Positions 54,246-64,000 of a stretch of DNA of 64,000 nucleotides are shown here, one piece after another (the first letter of the stretch is position 1; each line of letters opens with the position of its first letter). The notes under the pieces are model-generated. The model had not been told where the DNA came from. It was given only the letters and a program-made list of their open reading frames with translations, and made no database searches. The DNA comes from Eubacteriales bacterium (GTDB lineage Bacteria > Bacillota > Clostridia > Oscillospirales > CAG-272). A program made the position numbers and the translations under genes. The stretch is taken from contig JAZOOS010000034.1 in assembly GCA_045655185.1 (NCBI GenBank), positions 8,493 to 72,492 of the forward strand, written 5' to 3'.

Positions 54246-54785
54246 TTATTCGTTCGCTTCGAGATACGAAAGAATCGCTTCGGGATCGCCGGAAAAGAGG
54301 CATAGCGAATCGTCACAGTGATCCATAAAGCCTTCTTCCACCGCGCGATCAAGCAGGGCGCGCGCGGGATCGAAATATCCGTTGAGGTTATAAACGGCGA
54401 TCGGCTTTTTGTGACGCCCCAGCTTACGAAGCGTTAAGATCTCAAAAAATTCTTCAAAGGTACCGATGCCGCCCGGGGTGACAAGAAAGGCGTTGGAATG
54501 ATCCTCCATCGCTTGCTTTCTTTCCCGCATGGTATCGGTATAGATGAATTGAGTACACGCGGTGTATAAAACACCGTCCGGCTTAAAAAACGAGGGGGCA
54601 ACACCGAGGATCTCTCCCCCCTCCGCGGAAACGCCGCGGGCAACCGCCCCCATCAGGCCGTTCGCCCCACCCCCGTAAACGAGGCCGTGTCCTCTTTTTG
54701 CAAGCAGCCTTCCCAGCTCCTCGACCTTTTCTGTGTAAAGGGGGTCGATCTTGTTGCTGGCGGCGCCGTATACGCAAATATTCAT
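54246..54785 (-). CDS. LOG family (TIGR00730-type) nucleotide phosphoribohydrolase
   Basis: VYGGGANGLMG and PGGIGTFEE motifs. The ATG at 54785 follows GGAGG. Confidence 0.8.
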   Translation of the reverse strand: MNICVYGAASNKIDPLYTEKVEELGRLLAKRGHGLVYGGGANGLMGAVARGVSAEGGEILGVAPSFFKPDGVLYTACTQFIYTDTMRERKQAMEDHSNAFLVTPGGIGTFEEFFEILTLRKLGRHKKPIAVYNLNGYFDPARALLDRAVEEGFMDHCDDSLCLFSGDPEAILSYLEANE

Positions 54786-54906
54786 AATGCCTCCAAAAAG
54801 CAAAACATTTTATTCATTTTAACACAAACACGCTTCTTTTGCAAGAGAAACCGGTTGATTCCCCGCCAAGAAAAAAGCCACGCCCAAACTCGGGCGTGGC
54901 TTTTCG

Positions 54907-56976
54907 TTAGAAAAGAAAAAAAGACGTATGAACGGCACTTCTTTTATCGGCGTACTCTTTTTTTGACAGTAGGGAGATAGCCTTTTGATAAAGCGTGTCG
55001 GCCGTATCACGGGCACTTCCTCTTTCGTATATTCCTTTGGCATCCGAATAGCCAGCCCTTTTTGCGGCAAGGGTGATCTCATAGCAAAAATCAATCACCT
55101 TTTCGGATGCGTCCAACGAAAGAAAGGGGATTCCGAGCCCGAAGGAAAAGACGGCAAAATGAAGCCGCTCGCCCAGCGCCAGCGAGGCGCCGCAGAGAAG
55201 AGAGATCGCTTCGCCTACCGAGCGGGGGATATAGACCGTCCTCCCGCGGGCGGCTGCCTTCGCGGCGGCGAGATCTTTTGGATTCATCACAAGGAAAAAG
55301 ATATCAAGTCCCTCTTTTTCAAGGGCGGTAAGCAGGGCCGCGGGTAGCGTTTTTTCATCCTTTAACGATACCGCGACGGCGGGTCTTTTTCTCTTTTTTT
55401 TAGGGAAGCGGTCAAAGGGAAAAAAGAGGGCGGCGTCGGGTGAAAAAAAGAAATTCGGGTTTTGGGAAAGGGCGCGCGCCTTATCAAGATCCGCGTGTGT
55501 CCGAAAGACAGCGAGGTCGCAGATATCCAACGTTTTTTGAATGGTTTTCTTTGCATAATCGCCTTGATAAGATCCGATACCTATTGATTGAAGCCATATC
55601 GGCTTATGAAAAAGCTTGGCGATGCGCGCGAGCGACGCATAGTAAAGCAGCGAACGGCTGCTGCTTTCGTTTTGCAAAAGATTGCCGCCGCCCAAAACGA
55701 AAAGATCCGAAAAAAGAAGCGATAAAAAAACCGACGGGAAGAAGAAACGCCGAAGGGCGAGGCAGGGGTGCCGCTTTTTCGTTTCGCGCGGGCGTCCCGA
55801 AAGGATATTGACCGAATACCCCGCGGCCGTAAGCCGATCGTAAAGCACCGAAAGCATCGCCTCGTCCCCTACATTTCCATAGCCGTAATAGCCGCAAAGG
55901 GTGGCCTTTTTTCTTTTCTTTTTTCGTGGGGGAAGCGATGCGTACATTCTTTCGGCATCGTTTGCCATGCGGGCAACCGTATAATATTTTTTAATAAAGG
56001 CGCGGTTTTCTTCGCCACCGCCCGTTGTCGGTAAGCGTAGAAGATCAAAAAGTAATGCTTCCGCCGTAGCCTCCCGCATCCCCCGACAGCAAAAATTGCT
56101 TTTTGCGTGGCGCTTTGCATCCTTTGGGGAAAAAATACCACCGTAGCCCTCGTTGCCGCATAAAACAACGCGACATTCGGCCGCCATCGCTTCCAACGCC
56201 GCGCGTGAGACACCCACGAAGCAAGCCGCTTTTTCAAGAAAGCTCTCGGTATCGGCACGCCCCCCGTAGAAGTGGATAAATTTTCTTCCGATTCGGCGGT
56301 TTATTTCCTCACCAAGCTCCGATAACCGCAAAAAGCAATCGCCGTCTCCCACGATATCCAGGCGCTCGTATACCCCCGCTTCGGCAAGCTCGGGGGCGAT
56401 TTCAAGCAAAAGATCGGCGCATCTTTCCCGCCCCCGATCGAGGCGGCTGATATGCAGAAGCGTTTTCTCTTTTTTGCGAGCGCCTTTAAATAGCTCGGTG
56501 TCGATCCCGTTGACGGTACAAGCTGCAAGATCGGGCGACGTAGCATATTTTTCTAATAGATACGCTTTGATATCCTGCGAGACCGCCAATTGCCGTTCCC
56601 CCCACCGTGAAAGCGCCTTTTTCGGCTGCTTGGCGGAAAAGGTCCAATGCACCGTGCTGACGAAGGGGATATTTGTCTTTCGGTATAGACAATGGGCGAT
56701 GAGATTAACGGCGCGCGTATGGCCGTGGATGACCTCGATCGCTTCCTCGCGGCAAAGGTGCAAGAGAAGCCGATAATCGCGGTAGGCGATCCTTGGGGAA
56801 AGAGAGCCCCCGATCCGTACCCGACGTACGCGCGGATTAAGCGCTTCCTCCATTACGCCGCCGCGTGAGGCTAAGAAAACCGTGTGTCCCCTTTTGACAA
56901 GCTCGTTGGCTAATGAAAGGATATGGGTCTCGGCGCCCCCAAGCCCCATGGCGGTGGTTATCATCAGGATTTTCAT
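54907..56976 (-). CDS. fusion of a GT4 glycosyltransferase (N-terminal) and a CsaB-like polysaccharide pyruvyl transferase (C-terminal)
   Basis: The N-terminus MKILMITTAMGLGGAETHIL is GT4-like. The C-terminal half has GYYGYGNVGDEAML and LGGGNLLQNESSSRSLLYY, typical of CsaB. The ATG at 56976 follows GAGGAG. Confidence 0.7.
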   Translation of the reverse strand: MKILMITTAMGLGGAETHILSLANELVKRGHTVFLASRGGVMEEALNPRVRRVRIGGSLSPRIAYRDYRLLLHLCREEAIEVIHGHTRAVNLIAHCLYRKTNIPFVSTVHWTFSAKQPKKALSRWGERQLAVSQDIKAYLLEKYATSPDLAACTVNGIDTELFKGARKKEKTLLHISRLDRGRERCADLLLEIAPELAEAGVYERLDIVGDGDCFLRLSELGEEINRRIGRKFIHFYGGRADTESFLEKAACFVGVSRAALEAMAAECRVVLCGNEGYGGIFSPKDAKRHAKSNFCCRGMREATAEALLFDLLRLPTTGGGEENRAFIKKYYTVARMANDAERMYASLPPRKKKRKKATLCGYYGYGNVGDEAMLSVLYDRLTAAGYSVNILSGRPRETKKRHPCLALRRFFFPSVFLSLLFSDLFVLGGGNLLQNESSSRSLLYYASLARIAKLFHKPIWLQSIGIGSYQGDYAKKTIQKTLDICDLAVFRTHADLDKARALSQNPNFFFSPDAALFFPFDRFPKKKRKRPAVAVSLKDEKTLPAALLTALEKEGLDIFFLVMNPKDLAAAKAAARGRTVYIPRSVGEAISLLCGASLALGERLHFAVFSFGLGIPFLSLDASEKVIDFCYEITLAAKRAGYSDAKGIYERGSARDTADTLYQKAISLLSKKEYADKRSAVHTSFFLF

Positions 56977-57071
56977 ACTTTCTCCTCTTCGCGGCAAAGA
57001 TCCGCGTTACTCTATACGTAAAAAGCCCCACGGTGGGAAAGAACCGTGGGGACTTCGTTTTCTTTATCGGA

Positions 57072-57389
57072 TCAAAGAACGCCGATCTCGGCTTCTTCGT
57101 TTTGCGCTTCGTAAGCCTCGCTTTCGCGGTAGGCGACCAGCTGTACGTTATAAGCGTCGATGACCGCGCTCTCCAGCTCTTGGCGGAAGGCGGCGTTAAT
57201 GGGGTGAACGATGTCACGGAAGCTGCCGTCCGGATTTTTGCGGGAGGGCATCACGATAAAATAACGGTCGCGGGCGTAGATCACCTTGATGTCGTGTACG
57301 GCGAGCGCATCGTCGAAGGTGACCGAAACGACCGCTTTCATCGGGCCCTCATCAAAGAATTTGCGGATTTTGATGTCTGTGATTTGCAT
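57072..57389 (-). CDS. spoVG: septation protein SpoVG
   Basis: MQITDIKIRKF...KAVVSVTFDDALAVHDIKVI. Confidence 0.9.
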   Translation of the reverse strand: MQITDIKIRKFFDEGPMKAVVSVTFDDALAVHDIKVIYARDRYFIVMPSRKNPDGSFRDIVHPINAAFRQELESAVIDAYNVQLVAYRESEAYEAQNEEAEIGVL

Positions 57390-57564
57390 ATGAATATCCT
57401 TTCTGTTTAACGGGTTGATTAACTTTCTGACAGTTTCATTATATCGGGAAAATGTGAAAAAACAGAGAACTTCACTTGAACATTTTTATAAAATTTGTAT
57501 AAAAAATGTTGCTTTTTTGGTGTAAAAATCGCAAAATGCAATACTTTGTCGAGGGGGAACGGAG

Positions 57565-58980
57565 ATGGCTGTACACAACACCGATCACGCAAAAGAGGGA
57601 GCGCTTGATCTTTTGATGCCAAGGGTCAAGACGATCTATTTTATCGGCATCGGCGGAGTCAGCATGTGCGTGCTGGCAAAAATGAGCGTCGCCCGCGGGT
57701 ATTCGGTCATGGGGTCGGATAGCGCCTGCAACGAGGGGGTGATGTCGCTTTCTCTTGCGGGTATACCCGTCTTTTCACCCGGGGAGAACACTCCTATTAT
57801 AGACGCCGATTTGGCGGTTTATACCGGTGCGATCGAAAAAGATCACCCCGAGTATAAAAGGGCAAGAGATTTGGGGATCCCCCTTGTTTCGCGCGCCGAT
57901 TTTCTCGGCTGGCTGATGAAGGGATACCGCGAAAGGATCGGGATCGCGGGCACGCACGGCAAAAGCACGGTAAGCGCCATGTGTACCGTGATCGCCGAAA
58001 ACGCAGGCGTTTTTCCGACCGCCGCCGTCGGCGCGTCTTTTCCCGACCGTCTTGACGGCTACCGGGAGGGGAAAGAGGATTATTTCATTTTCGAGGCCTG
58101 TGAATATTACGACGCCTTTTTGCGCTTTTGCCCCACGGTCGCGACGCTTACCAACGCCGAATGGGATCACCCCGATTATTTTTCCGATCTGGCTTCTGTC
58201 ATCTCTTCCTTCCGCGCGTATCTTTCCCTCCCCTCGGTCAAAACGGCGGTCATCGGCATTGATTGCCAAAACGCCGTCAAAGCGTCGGTGGGGATCTTGA
58301 AGCCGATCCTGACCTTCGGGCTTTCCTGCGGGGCGGACGTTTCGGCCGCCGATCTTCGTAACTGCGGGGGGAATTATCACTTCACCCTGCTTGTCAATCG
58401 GGAAAGGATCGGGCCGATCGAATTAAAGGTTCCCGGTAAGCATAACGTAATAAACGCCCTTGCGGCCACGGCCTCGGCCTTGGCGGCGGGGATATCGCCC
58501 CACTGCGCGCTCTCGGCGCTTTCTGCGTTTTCGGGTGTCGGACGAAGGGGGGAGCTGCGCGGGGAAAAAGACGGGGTCGCCTATTACGACGATTACGCCC
58601 ACCATCCCACAGAGATCCGCGCAACACTTTCGAGCCTTCGCGGCCGTGGGCGTCTTTTTTGCATTTTTCAGCCGCATACCTTTTCAAGAACCAAAAGCCT
58701 CTTTGCCGAAACCGCCTCGGCCTTGGCGCTTTGCGACGTGCCGATCGTGGTGGGGATCTACGCCGCCCGCGAGAGCGACGGGGGGATCGTCGACGGGCGC
58801 TCGCTCGCCGCGGCGATCGGCCGTGGCGCGCTGTATTTCGAAACCCCCGAGGAAGCGATCGCTTTTAGCCGAAGCGAGGCAAAAGAAGGGGATAAGATCG
58901 TGGTTATGGGGGCGGGGGATATTTCCGCCCGCGTCTTCCGCGGGCCGCTTTCCTTTTTGACGCCCCGCGAAAAAAAGTGA
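57565..58980 (+). CDS. murC: UDP-N-acetylmuramate--L-alanine ligase
   Basis: FIGIGGVSM and GTHGKSTV motifs with Mur ligase layout. The start could instead be the ATG at 57616. Confidence 0.9.
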   Translation: MAVHNTDHAKEGALDLLMPRVKTIYFIGIGGVSMCVLAKMSVARGYSVMGSDSACNEGVMSLSLAGIPVFSPGENTPIIDADLAVYTGAIEKDHPEYKRARDLGIPLVSRADFLGWLMKGYRERIGIAGTHGKSTVSAMCTVIAENAGVFPTAAVGASFPDRLDGYREGKEDYFIFEACEYYDAFLRFCPTVATLTNAEWDHPDYFSDLASVISSFRAYLSLPSVKTAVIGIDCQNAVKASVGILKPILTFGLSCGADVSAADLRNCGGNYHFTLLVNRERIGPIELKVPGKHNVINALAATASALAAGISPHCALSALSAFSGVGRRGELRGEKDGVAYYDDYAHHPTEIRATLSSLRGRGRLFCIFQPHTFSRTKSLFAETASALALCDVPIVVGIYAARESDGGIVDGRSLAAAIGRGALYFETPEEAIAFSRSEAKEGDKIVVMGAGDISARVFRGPLSFLTPREKK

Positions 58981-59057
58981 AGATTTTTGGGGATACCTTG
59001 ATTTTTCGTCGACAGTATGCTATTATAGTAAAGATATATATTATTTGGAGTTATACG

Positions 59058-60464
59058 ATGTCTACGGAAAATCTTACTTCCCAAGGCTTTGAAGCGATAA
59101 CCGCGCATATTGAGCGGCGGCGTACCCTTGGCTTGCCGATCGGCGTTTACGTTTTGACCTTCGGCTGTCAGCAGAACGAGGCAGACAGTGAAAAGCTTAC
59201 GGGGCAGGCGGCGTCCTTTGGCTTTATCCCCGTCGAGAAGGCGGAGGAGGCGGGGCTTATCCTTCTCAACACCTGCGCGATCCGCGAGCATGCCGAGCAA
59301 AAGGCGCTCTCGATCATCGGCAGCTTTAAAAAGCAAAAAGAAAAAGACGGAGGTCTCTTGATCGGCGTTTGCGGCTGTATGACGGCGCAGGATCACCGCA
59401 TCGAGCAGTTGAGAAAAAGCTATCCTTACGTGGATTTCACGCTGGACCCCGCCTCGCTTCCCGATCTTGGAAAAACCATAGAAGAAAGGCTTAATAGAGA
59501 AAAACGCGTATTCGTAAAGGGAGAAGAAAAGCCCCCCATCGTCGAAGGGGCGCCCCCCTGCCGAAAGGAAAAGCACAAGGGCTGGCTCAGCATTATGTAC
59601 GGGTGCAACAATTTTTGCTCGTATTGCATCGTCCCTTATGTTCGTGGGCGCGAGAGAAGCCGTAACAGCGCCGATATCTTAGCGGAAGCCCGCCGTATGA
59701 TCGACGAAGGATGCCGCGAGATCACCCTGCTTGGGCAAAACGTGAATTCCTACCGCGGAGACTGTGATTTTGCCGAGCTTTTGCGGCGGATCTGCCGCCT
59801 TCCCGGTGATTTTACCGTCCGCTTTATGACCAGCCACCCGAAGGACGTGCCCGATGAGCTGATAAGGGTCGTTGGTGAAGAAAAGAAGATCGCCCCCGCC
59901 TTCCATCTGCCGCTTCAATCGGGAAGCGACCGTATCCTTTCGGCGATGAACCGCCGCTACGATACGGCGCGGTATCTTGACATTGTCAAAAAGCTTCGCA
60001 AAGCGCGCGAGGGAATCGTCCTTTCCACCGATATCATCGTCGGCTTTCCGGGGGAGACCGAAGAGGATTTTTTGGCGACGCTTGAAATTTTAAAAGCGGT
60101 GCGTTTTGATATGGTCTATTCCTTCATCTATTCACCGCGAAAGGGAACGCCTGCCGCCGGCTTAGAGGGGCAGATTTCCGACGAAAGTAAGGGCGAGCGG
60201 ATGCGCCGCTTGCTCGATACCCAGACCGAGGTCGCCTCCTCGATCGCCAAGACCTATCTCGGAAAAACCGTTTGGGTCTTTGCGGATAGCCCTTCGAAAA
60301 CCGACGAAACTATGATCAGCGGGCGGACAGACGGGGGAAAGTTAGTTCATTTTAAGGGGGATGGTGACTGTCTCGGTCGCCGCCTGCCGATTCAAATAGA
60401 CCGTGCCGACGCGTATGCGATGTACGGTGTCATAAAGGAAAGTGAGAAAGAAAATGACGGTTAA
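59058..60464 (+). CDS. miaB: tRNA (N6-isopentenyl-A37) methylthiotransferase
   Basis: N-terminal GCQQNEADSE and the radical SAM motif CNNFCSYC. The ATG at 59058 follows GGAG. Confidence 0.9.
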   Translation: MSTENLTSQGFEAITAHIERRRTLGLPIGVYVLTFGCQQNEADSEKLTGQAASFGFIPVEKAEEAGLILLNTCAIREHAEQKALSIIGSFKKQKEKDGGLLIGVCGCMTAQDHRIEQLRKSYPYVDFTLDPASLPDLGKTIEERLNREKRVFVKGEEKPPIVEGAPPCRKEKHKGWLSIMYGCNNFCSYCIVPYVRGRERSRNSADILAEARRMIDEGCREITLLGQNVNSYRGDCDFAELLRRICRLPGDFTVRFMTSHPKDVPDELIRVVGEEKKIAPAFHLPLQSGSDRILSAMNRRYDTARYLDIVKKLRKAREGIVLSTDIIVGFPGETEEDFLATLEILKAVRFDMVYSFIYSPRKGTPAAGLEGQISDESKGERMRRLLDTQTEVASSIAKTYLGKTVWVFADSPSKTDETMISGRTDGGKLVHFKGDGDCLGRRLPIQIDRADAYAMYGVIKESEKENDG

Positions 60465-60849
60465 AGAAGCAACCAAGGCGCTTGGGGTCACGCTGGGAAA
60501 GGACCCCGACATCATTGCCTTCAACGAAGCGAAACGGGCGTATGACAGCAACGGGGAGCTGCAAAATCTCCTGATCGAATACGGGGCCGAGCGCACCCTG
60601 CTTGGCGAGCTTTACGCCAAGCCCTTTGCCGATGCGGAGGCCGAGGCGGCCGCCGAAAAGGTCAATGCCCGCGTTTCTGAGCTTGCCGAGGCCATCACCT
60701 CGCACGAGGCGTACGTGGCCCTTGCGGCGGCGCAAGAAAAGGTGAACGCCTTAATGCAGCAGGTAAACGCCGATATCTCCTTCTACGCCTTCGGCGAGAT
60801 CCCCGGCTGCACGCACGATTGCTCCAGCTGCGGCGGCTGCTCGCACTGA
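60454..60849 (+). CDS. YlbF/YmcA family protein with a Cys-rich C-terminal tail
   Basis: Helical protein at the ymcA position between miaB and mutS. The tail reads GCTHDCSSCGGCSH. Confidence 0.6.
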   Translation: MTVKEATKALGVTLGKDPDIIAFNEAKRAYDSNGELQNLLIEYGAERTLLGELYAKPFADAEAEAAAEKVNARVSELAEAITSHEAYVALAAAQEKVNALMQQVNADISFYAFGEIPGCTHDCSSCGGCSH

Positions 60850-60850
60850 T

Positions 60851-63469
60851 ATGCAGGAGGCGTTAAAACGGATTGAGGAGATGACCTCTCCCTCTCCGAT
60901 GATGCAGCAATATCTCGATATCAAAAAAGAGTACCCGGGGTATATTCTCTTATACCGCCTCGGGGATTTTTTCGAATGCTTTTTTGAGGATGCCGTTACG
61001 ATCTCGCGCGATCTCGAATTAACGCTTACCGGGCGCGATTGCGGCGGCGGCATGCGCGCGGCGATGTGCGGCGTTCCCTTCCATAAGGCCGATCAGTATA
61101 TCGGGGAAATGGTGAAGCTCGGCTACCGCGTGGCAGTCTGCGAGCAGATCGGGGACCCCAAGGCCCCCGGCATCGTCAAGCGCGAGGTCATTCGCGTCGT
61201 GACCCCCGGTACCGTAACCGATACCGAGGTCTTGGAGGGTGGGCGTAACAATTATCTTGCTTCTCTTTGTTTTGGTGAAGAGGGCATCGGCGCCGCCTTC
61301 GCCGATATATCCACGGGGCAGGTGTACGCCACGCTCGTTAGCGGGGAGGACCGTATGGCCCGCCTTTTGAACGAGATGGGGGTCTACGCCCCGCGCGAGG
61401 CGGTTCTGAATATAGGGGAAGAGAAGATCAGCGAGTTTTGCGATTTTGCAAGAGAGCGCTTCGGCACGCTTATCGAAGATAAAAACGCCCCGCTTTTCGA
61501 TCTGAAAAAGGCGAAGGAAAACGCCCTTCTTTGCTTTGGCGAGAGGGCCGCTTTGCTTGATGCGAACGCGTTGCTTTCCTCGGTTGGCGCCCTTTTGGAA
61601 TATATCCGCCTTACGCAAAAATGCGAGCCTACCTTCTTGCGTGAGCTGACCGTCTATACCGGCGGCCAGTATATGGAGCTCGATCTCGCCACACGCCGAA
61701 ACCTTGAACTGGTGGAAACCATGCGAACCAAGGAAAAACGCGGCTCGCTTCTCTGGGTTCTTGATAAAACCAAGACCGCGATGGGTGCGCGCCTTCTGCG
61801 TTCCTATATCGTTAAACCCTTGATATCCTCTTCCTTGATCCGTCGCCGCCAAGGCGCGGTCAAGGACTTTTTCGGCGACTATATGCTCCGTACGGATCTG
61901 CGCGATTCGCTTTCGGGCGTTTTGGATCTTGAACGGCTTACCGCCCGCGTGGTCTACGGCTCGGCCAACGCGCGCGATCTGCTCGCGATCGGGACAAGCA
62001 TACGCGATCTGCCAAGCCTTCTGCCGTTGCTTTCTCCTTGCAAAAGCGAATGCATCAAGGAGCTTCGCACCGATTTTGATACGCTGACCGATCTTTACGG
62101 GCTGATCGACGCTTCGATCGCCGAAAATCCTCCCCTCACGGTACGGGAGGGTGGAATGATCAAGGAGGGCTATAACGCCGACGTTGATTATCTGCGCAGT
62201 ATTCAGAAGAACGGAAAGGGCTGGATCGAGCAGATCGAGGCCGAGGAAAGAGAAGCGACGGGCATCAAAAATCTGCGCGTCAGCTATAATAAGGTCTTCG
62301 GCTATTACATAGAGGTGACCAAGCTCAATTCCCACCTCGTCCCCGATCGGTATATCCGCAAGCAGACCCTTGTGAATTCCGAGCGGTATATCACCGAGGA
62401 ATTGAAGGAAATGGAAGCGACGGTTCTCGGTGCCGCCGAAAAGCTTGCGGCGCTTGAATACGAGATCTTTGCCGAGATCCGCGATACCGTCGCCGCGGCC
62501 TCCGCCCGTATTCAGAATACGGCGGCAAGGATTGCCGAGCTTGACGTCTATCTCTCGCTTGCCGAGGCGGCGGCCAAGAATAATTATTGCTGCCCCGAGG
62601 TAGACGACGGGTGGGAGCTCTTGATCAAAGACGGCCGTCACCCCGTGGTGGAAAAATTCGTTTCGGACAGCTATTTCGTACCGAACGATACCGAGCTTGA
62701 CGTAGAAAAGCATTCGCTTTATCTCATAACCGGCCCGAATATGGCGGGTAAATCAACCTATATGCGTCAGGTGGCTCTTATCACCCTTATGGCGCAGATC
62801 GGCTCCTTCGTTCCCGCAAGGGAGGCGATCATCGGGATCACCGATAAGATCTTTACGCGTGTTGGCGCGTCGGACGATCTGGCCTCGGGTCAATCGACCT
62901 TTATGTTAGAGATGAACGAGGTCGCCAATATTCTTCTTAACGCCACCAAGCGCTCGCTGATCATCTACGACGAGGTCGGTCGCGGTACCAGCACCTACGA
63001 CGGGATGGCGATCGCGCGCGCCGTGGTCGAATACACCGAAAAGAAGATCGGCGCCCGCACCCTTTTCGCGACCCATTACCACGAGCTTACGGGAATGGAA
63101 GAAGAGCTTAAAGGCGTTGTCAACTATAACATCACCGCCAAAAAGCGGGGGGATACGGTTTTGTTTCTCCGCAAGGTGGTCAGGGGCGCGGCCGATGAAA
63201 GCTACGGCATCGAGGTAGCCAAGCTCGCGGGCGTACCGCAAGAGGTCATCAAGCGCGCCAAGCAAGTCCTTGCCGAGATCGAAACCGAAGGGAAGGTCGC
63301 TTTGCCCGCCCCGAAGAAGGAAAGGGAAGAGGAGGAAGGGCTTCTCGGCGCGATCTACAACAGCGCCGCTTGCGAGGCGGCCGACAAGATCCGCTTGGTC
63401 GATCTGAATACCCTGACCCCCATTGAAGCGATGAACCTTTTGTTCGAGCTGAAAAAAATCCTGAAATAA
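60851..63469 (+). CDS. mutS: DNA mismatch repair protein MutS
   Basis: SPMMQQYL, GPNMAGKSTY and DEVGRGTSTYDG motifs. Confidence 0.95.
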   Translation: MQEALKRIEEMTSPSPMMQQYLDIKKEYPGYILLYRLGDFFECFFEDAVTISRDLELTLTGRDCGGGMRAAMCGVPFHKADQYIGEMVKLGYRVAVCEQIGDPKAPGIVKREVIRVVTPGTVTDTEVLEGGRNNYLASLCFGEEGIGAAFADISTGQVYATLVSGEDRMARLLNEMGVYAPREAVLNIGEEKISEFCDFARERFGTLIEDKNAPLFDLKKAKENALLCFGERAALLDANALLSSVGALLEYIRLTQKCEPTFLRELTVYTGGQYMELDLATRRNLELVETMRTKEKRGSLLWVLDKTKTAMGARLLRSYIVKPLISSSLIRRRQGAVKDFFGDYMLRTDLRDSLSGVLDLERLTARVVYGSANARDLLAIGTSIRDLPSLLPLLSPCKSECIKELRTDFDTLTDLYGLIDASIAENPPLTVREGGMIKEGYNADVDYLRSIQKNGKGWIEQIEAEEREATGIKNLRVSYNKVFGYYIEVTKLNSHLVPDRYIRKQTLVNSERYITEELKEMEATVLGAAEKLAALEYEIFAEIRDTVAAASARIQNTAARIAELDVYLSLAEAAAKNNYCCPEVDDGWELLIKDGRHPVVEKFVSDSYFVPNDTELDVEKHSLYLITGPNMAGKSTYMRQVALITLMAQIGSFVPAREAIIGITDKIFTRVGASDDLASGQSTFMLEMNEVANILLNATKRSLIIYDEVGRGTSTYDGMAIARAVVEYTEKKIGARTLFATHYHELTGMEEELKGVVNYNITAKKRGDTVLFLRKVVRGAADESYGIEVAKLAGVPQEVIKRAKQVLAEIETEGKVALPAPKKEREEEEGLLGAIYNSAACEAADKIRLVDLNTLTPIEAMNLLFELKKILK

Positions 63470-63481
63470 AGAGGAATTTCC

Positions 63482-64000
63482 GTGGGAAAAATCAATCTTC
63501 TGACCCAAGAGGTCGCGAATCTGATCGCAGCGGGCGAGGTCGTTGACCGCCCCGCCTCGGTCTTAAAGGAATTGATGGAAAACGCCATCGACGCGGGCGC
63601 CACCGCCATAACGGCCGAGCTTCGCAACGGTGGGGTCACGCTTTGCCGTGTCAGCGATAACGGCTGCGGTATTTCGTCTGAGGATCTGCCGATCGCTTTG
63701 CAACGCCACGCGACCAGCAAGATCAAAGAGGCCTGTGACCTTGATGAGATCGCCACGCTCGGCTTTCGCGGAGAGGCGCTTGCCGCCATTGCGGGGGTAT
63801 CGGTGCTTGAGATCGTTACGCGCACGCAAGAAGCCCCTTTCGGCACGATGCTTCACGCCGAATACGGGCAGATCACCGAGGTCTCGGAGATCGGGTGCCA
63901 GCACGGTACCACCGTCCTTGTGCGTGAGCTGTTCGGCAACGTGCCCGCCCGTCGCAAATTTCTGAAAAAGGATGCGACCGAAACGGCGACCGCCGCTTCT
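63482..64000 (+). CDS. mutL: DNA mismatch repair protein MutL (N-terminal part; runs off the right edge)
   Basis: Not in the ORF track. The GTG at 63482 follows AGAGGA. Manual translation gives VGKINLLTQEVANLIAAGEVVDRPASVLKELMENAIDAGA..., the GHKL ATPase motif of MutL. Confidence 0.9.
   Translation, partial: MGKINLLTQEVANLIAAGEVVDRPASVLKELMENAIDAGATAITAELRNGGVTLCRVSDNGCGISSEDLPIALQRHATSKIKEACDLDEIATLGFRGEALAAIAGVSVLEIVTRTQEAPFGTMLHAEYGQITEVSEIGCQHGTTVLVRELFGNVPARRKFLKKDATETATAAS

Overview
This 64-kb window looks like a chromosomal segment from a Gram-positive anaerobe of the Clostridia type. The pointers are spoVG, a CotJC-type Mn catalase, a T-box leader, feoAB, ferredoxin-linked oxidoreductases and the miaB-ymcA-mutS-mutL gene order. 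GC content is moderately high, judged by eye. All functional calls come from reading the translations and motifs; no searches were run. Most of the window is housekeeping or central metabolism:
- paaK, iorAB and an acyl-CoA ligase in one operon
- malic enzyme, fumC, thioredoxin and ABC exporters
- the beta subunit of a Na+-pumping decarboxylase
- feoAB, an Fe-type alcohol dehydrogenase and pdxK with a MocR-type regulator
- pyk, hslO, ftsZ, spoVG, murC, miaB, mutS and mutL

Three genes are absent from the ORF track and were recovered by hand: paaK (1-959, runs off the left edge), mutL (63482-64000, GTG start, runs off the right edge) and a 51-aa OadG-like ORF.

Four observations stand out:
1. 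A leucine-specific T-box leader (specifier CUC) controls a two-gene operon. The first gene is a LeuA-like protein that has lost its catalytic metal and substrate residues but keeps the LeuA regulatory domain. The second is an 820-aa fusion of a TIM barrel and an AMP-forming ligase. This may be an undescribed leucine-supply or leucine-sensing module.
2. A lower-GC cargo island with no integrase sits at tRNA-Pro. It is segmented by nested copies of the tRNA 3' end, 226-bp direct repeats and a recurring 35-nt motif followed by a hairpin.
3. tRNA-Arg shows the same tandem duplication of its 3' end plus trailer.
4. Two GH20-like paralogs lie in tandem.

No CRISPR array, transposase, integrase or recognisable defence system was seen.
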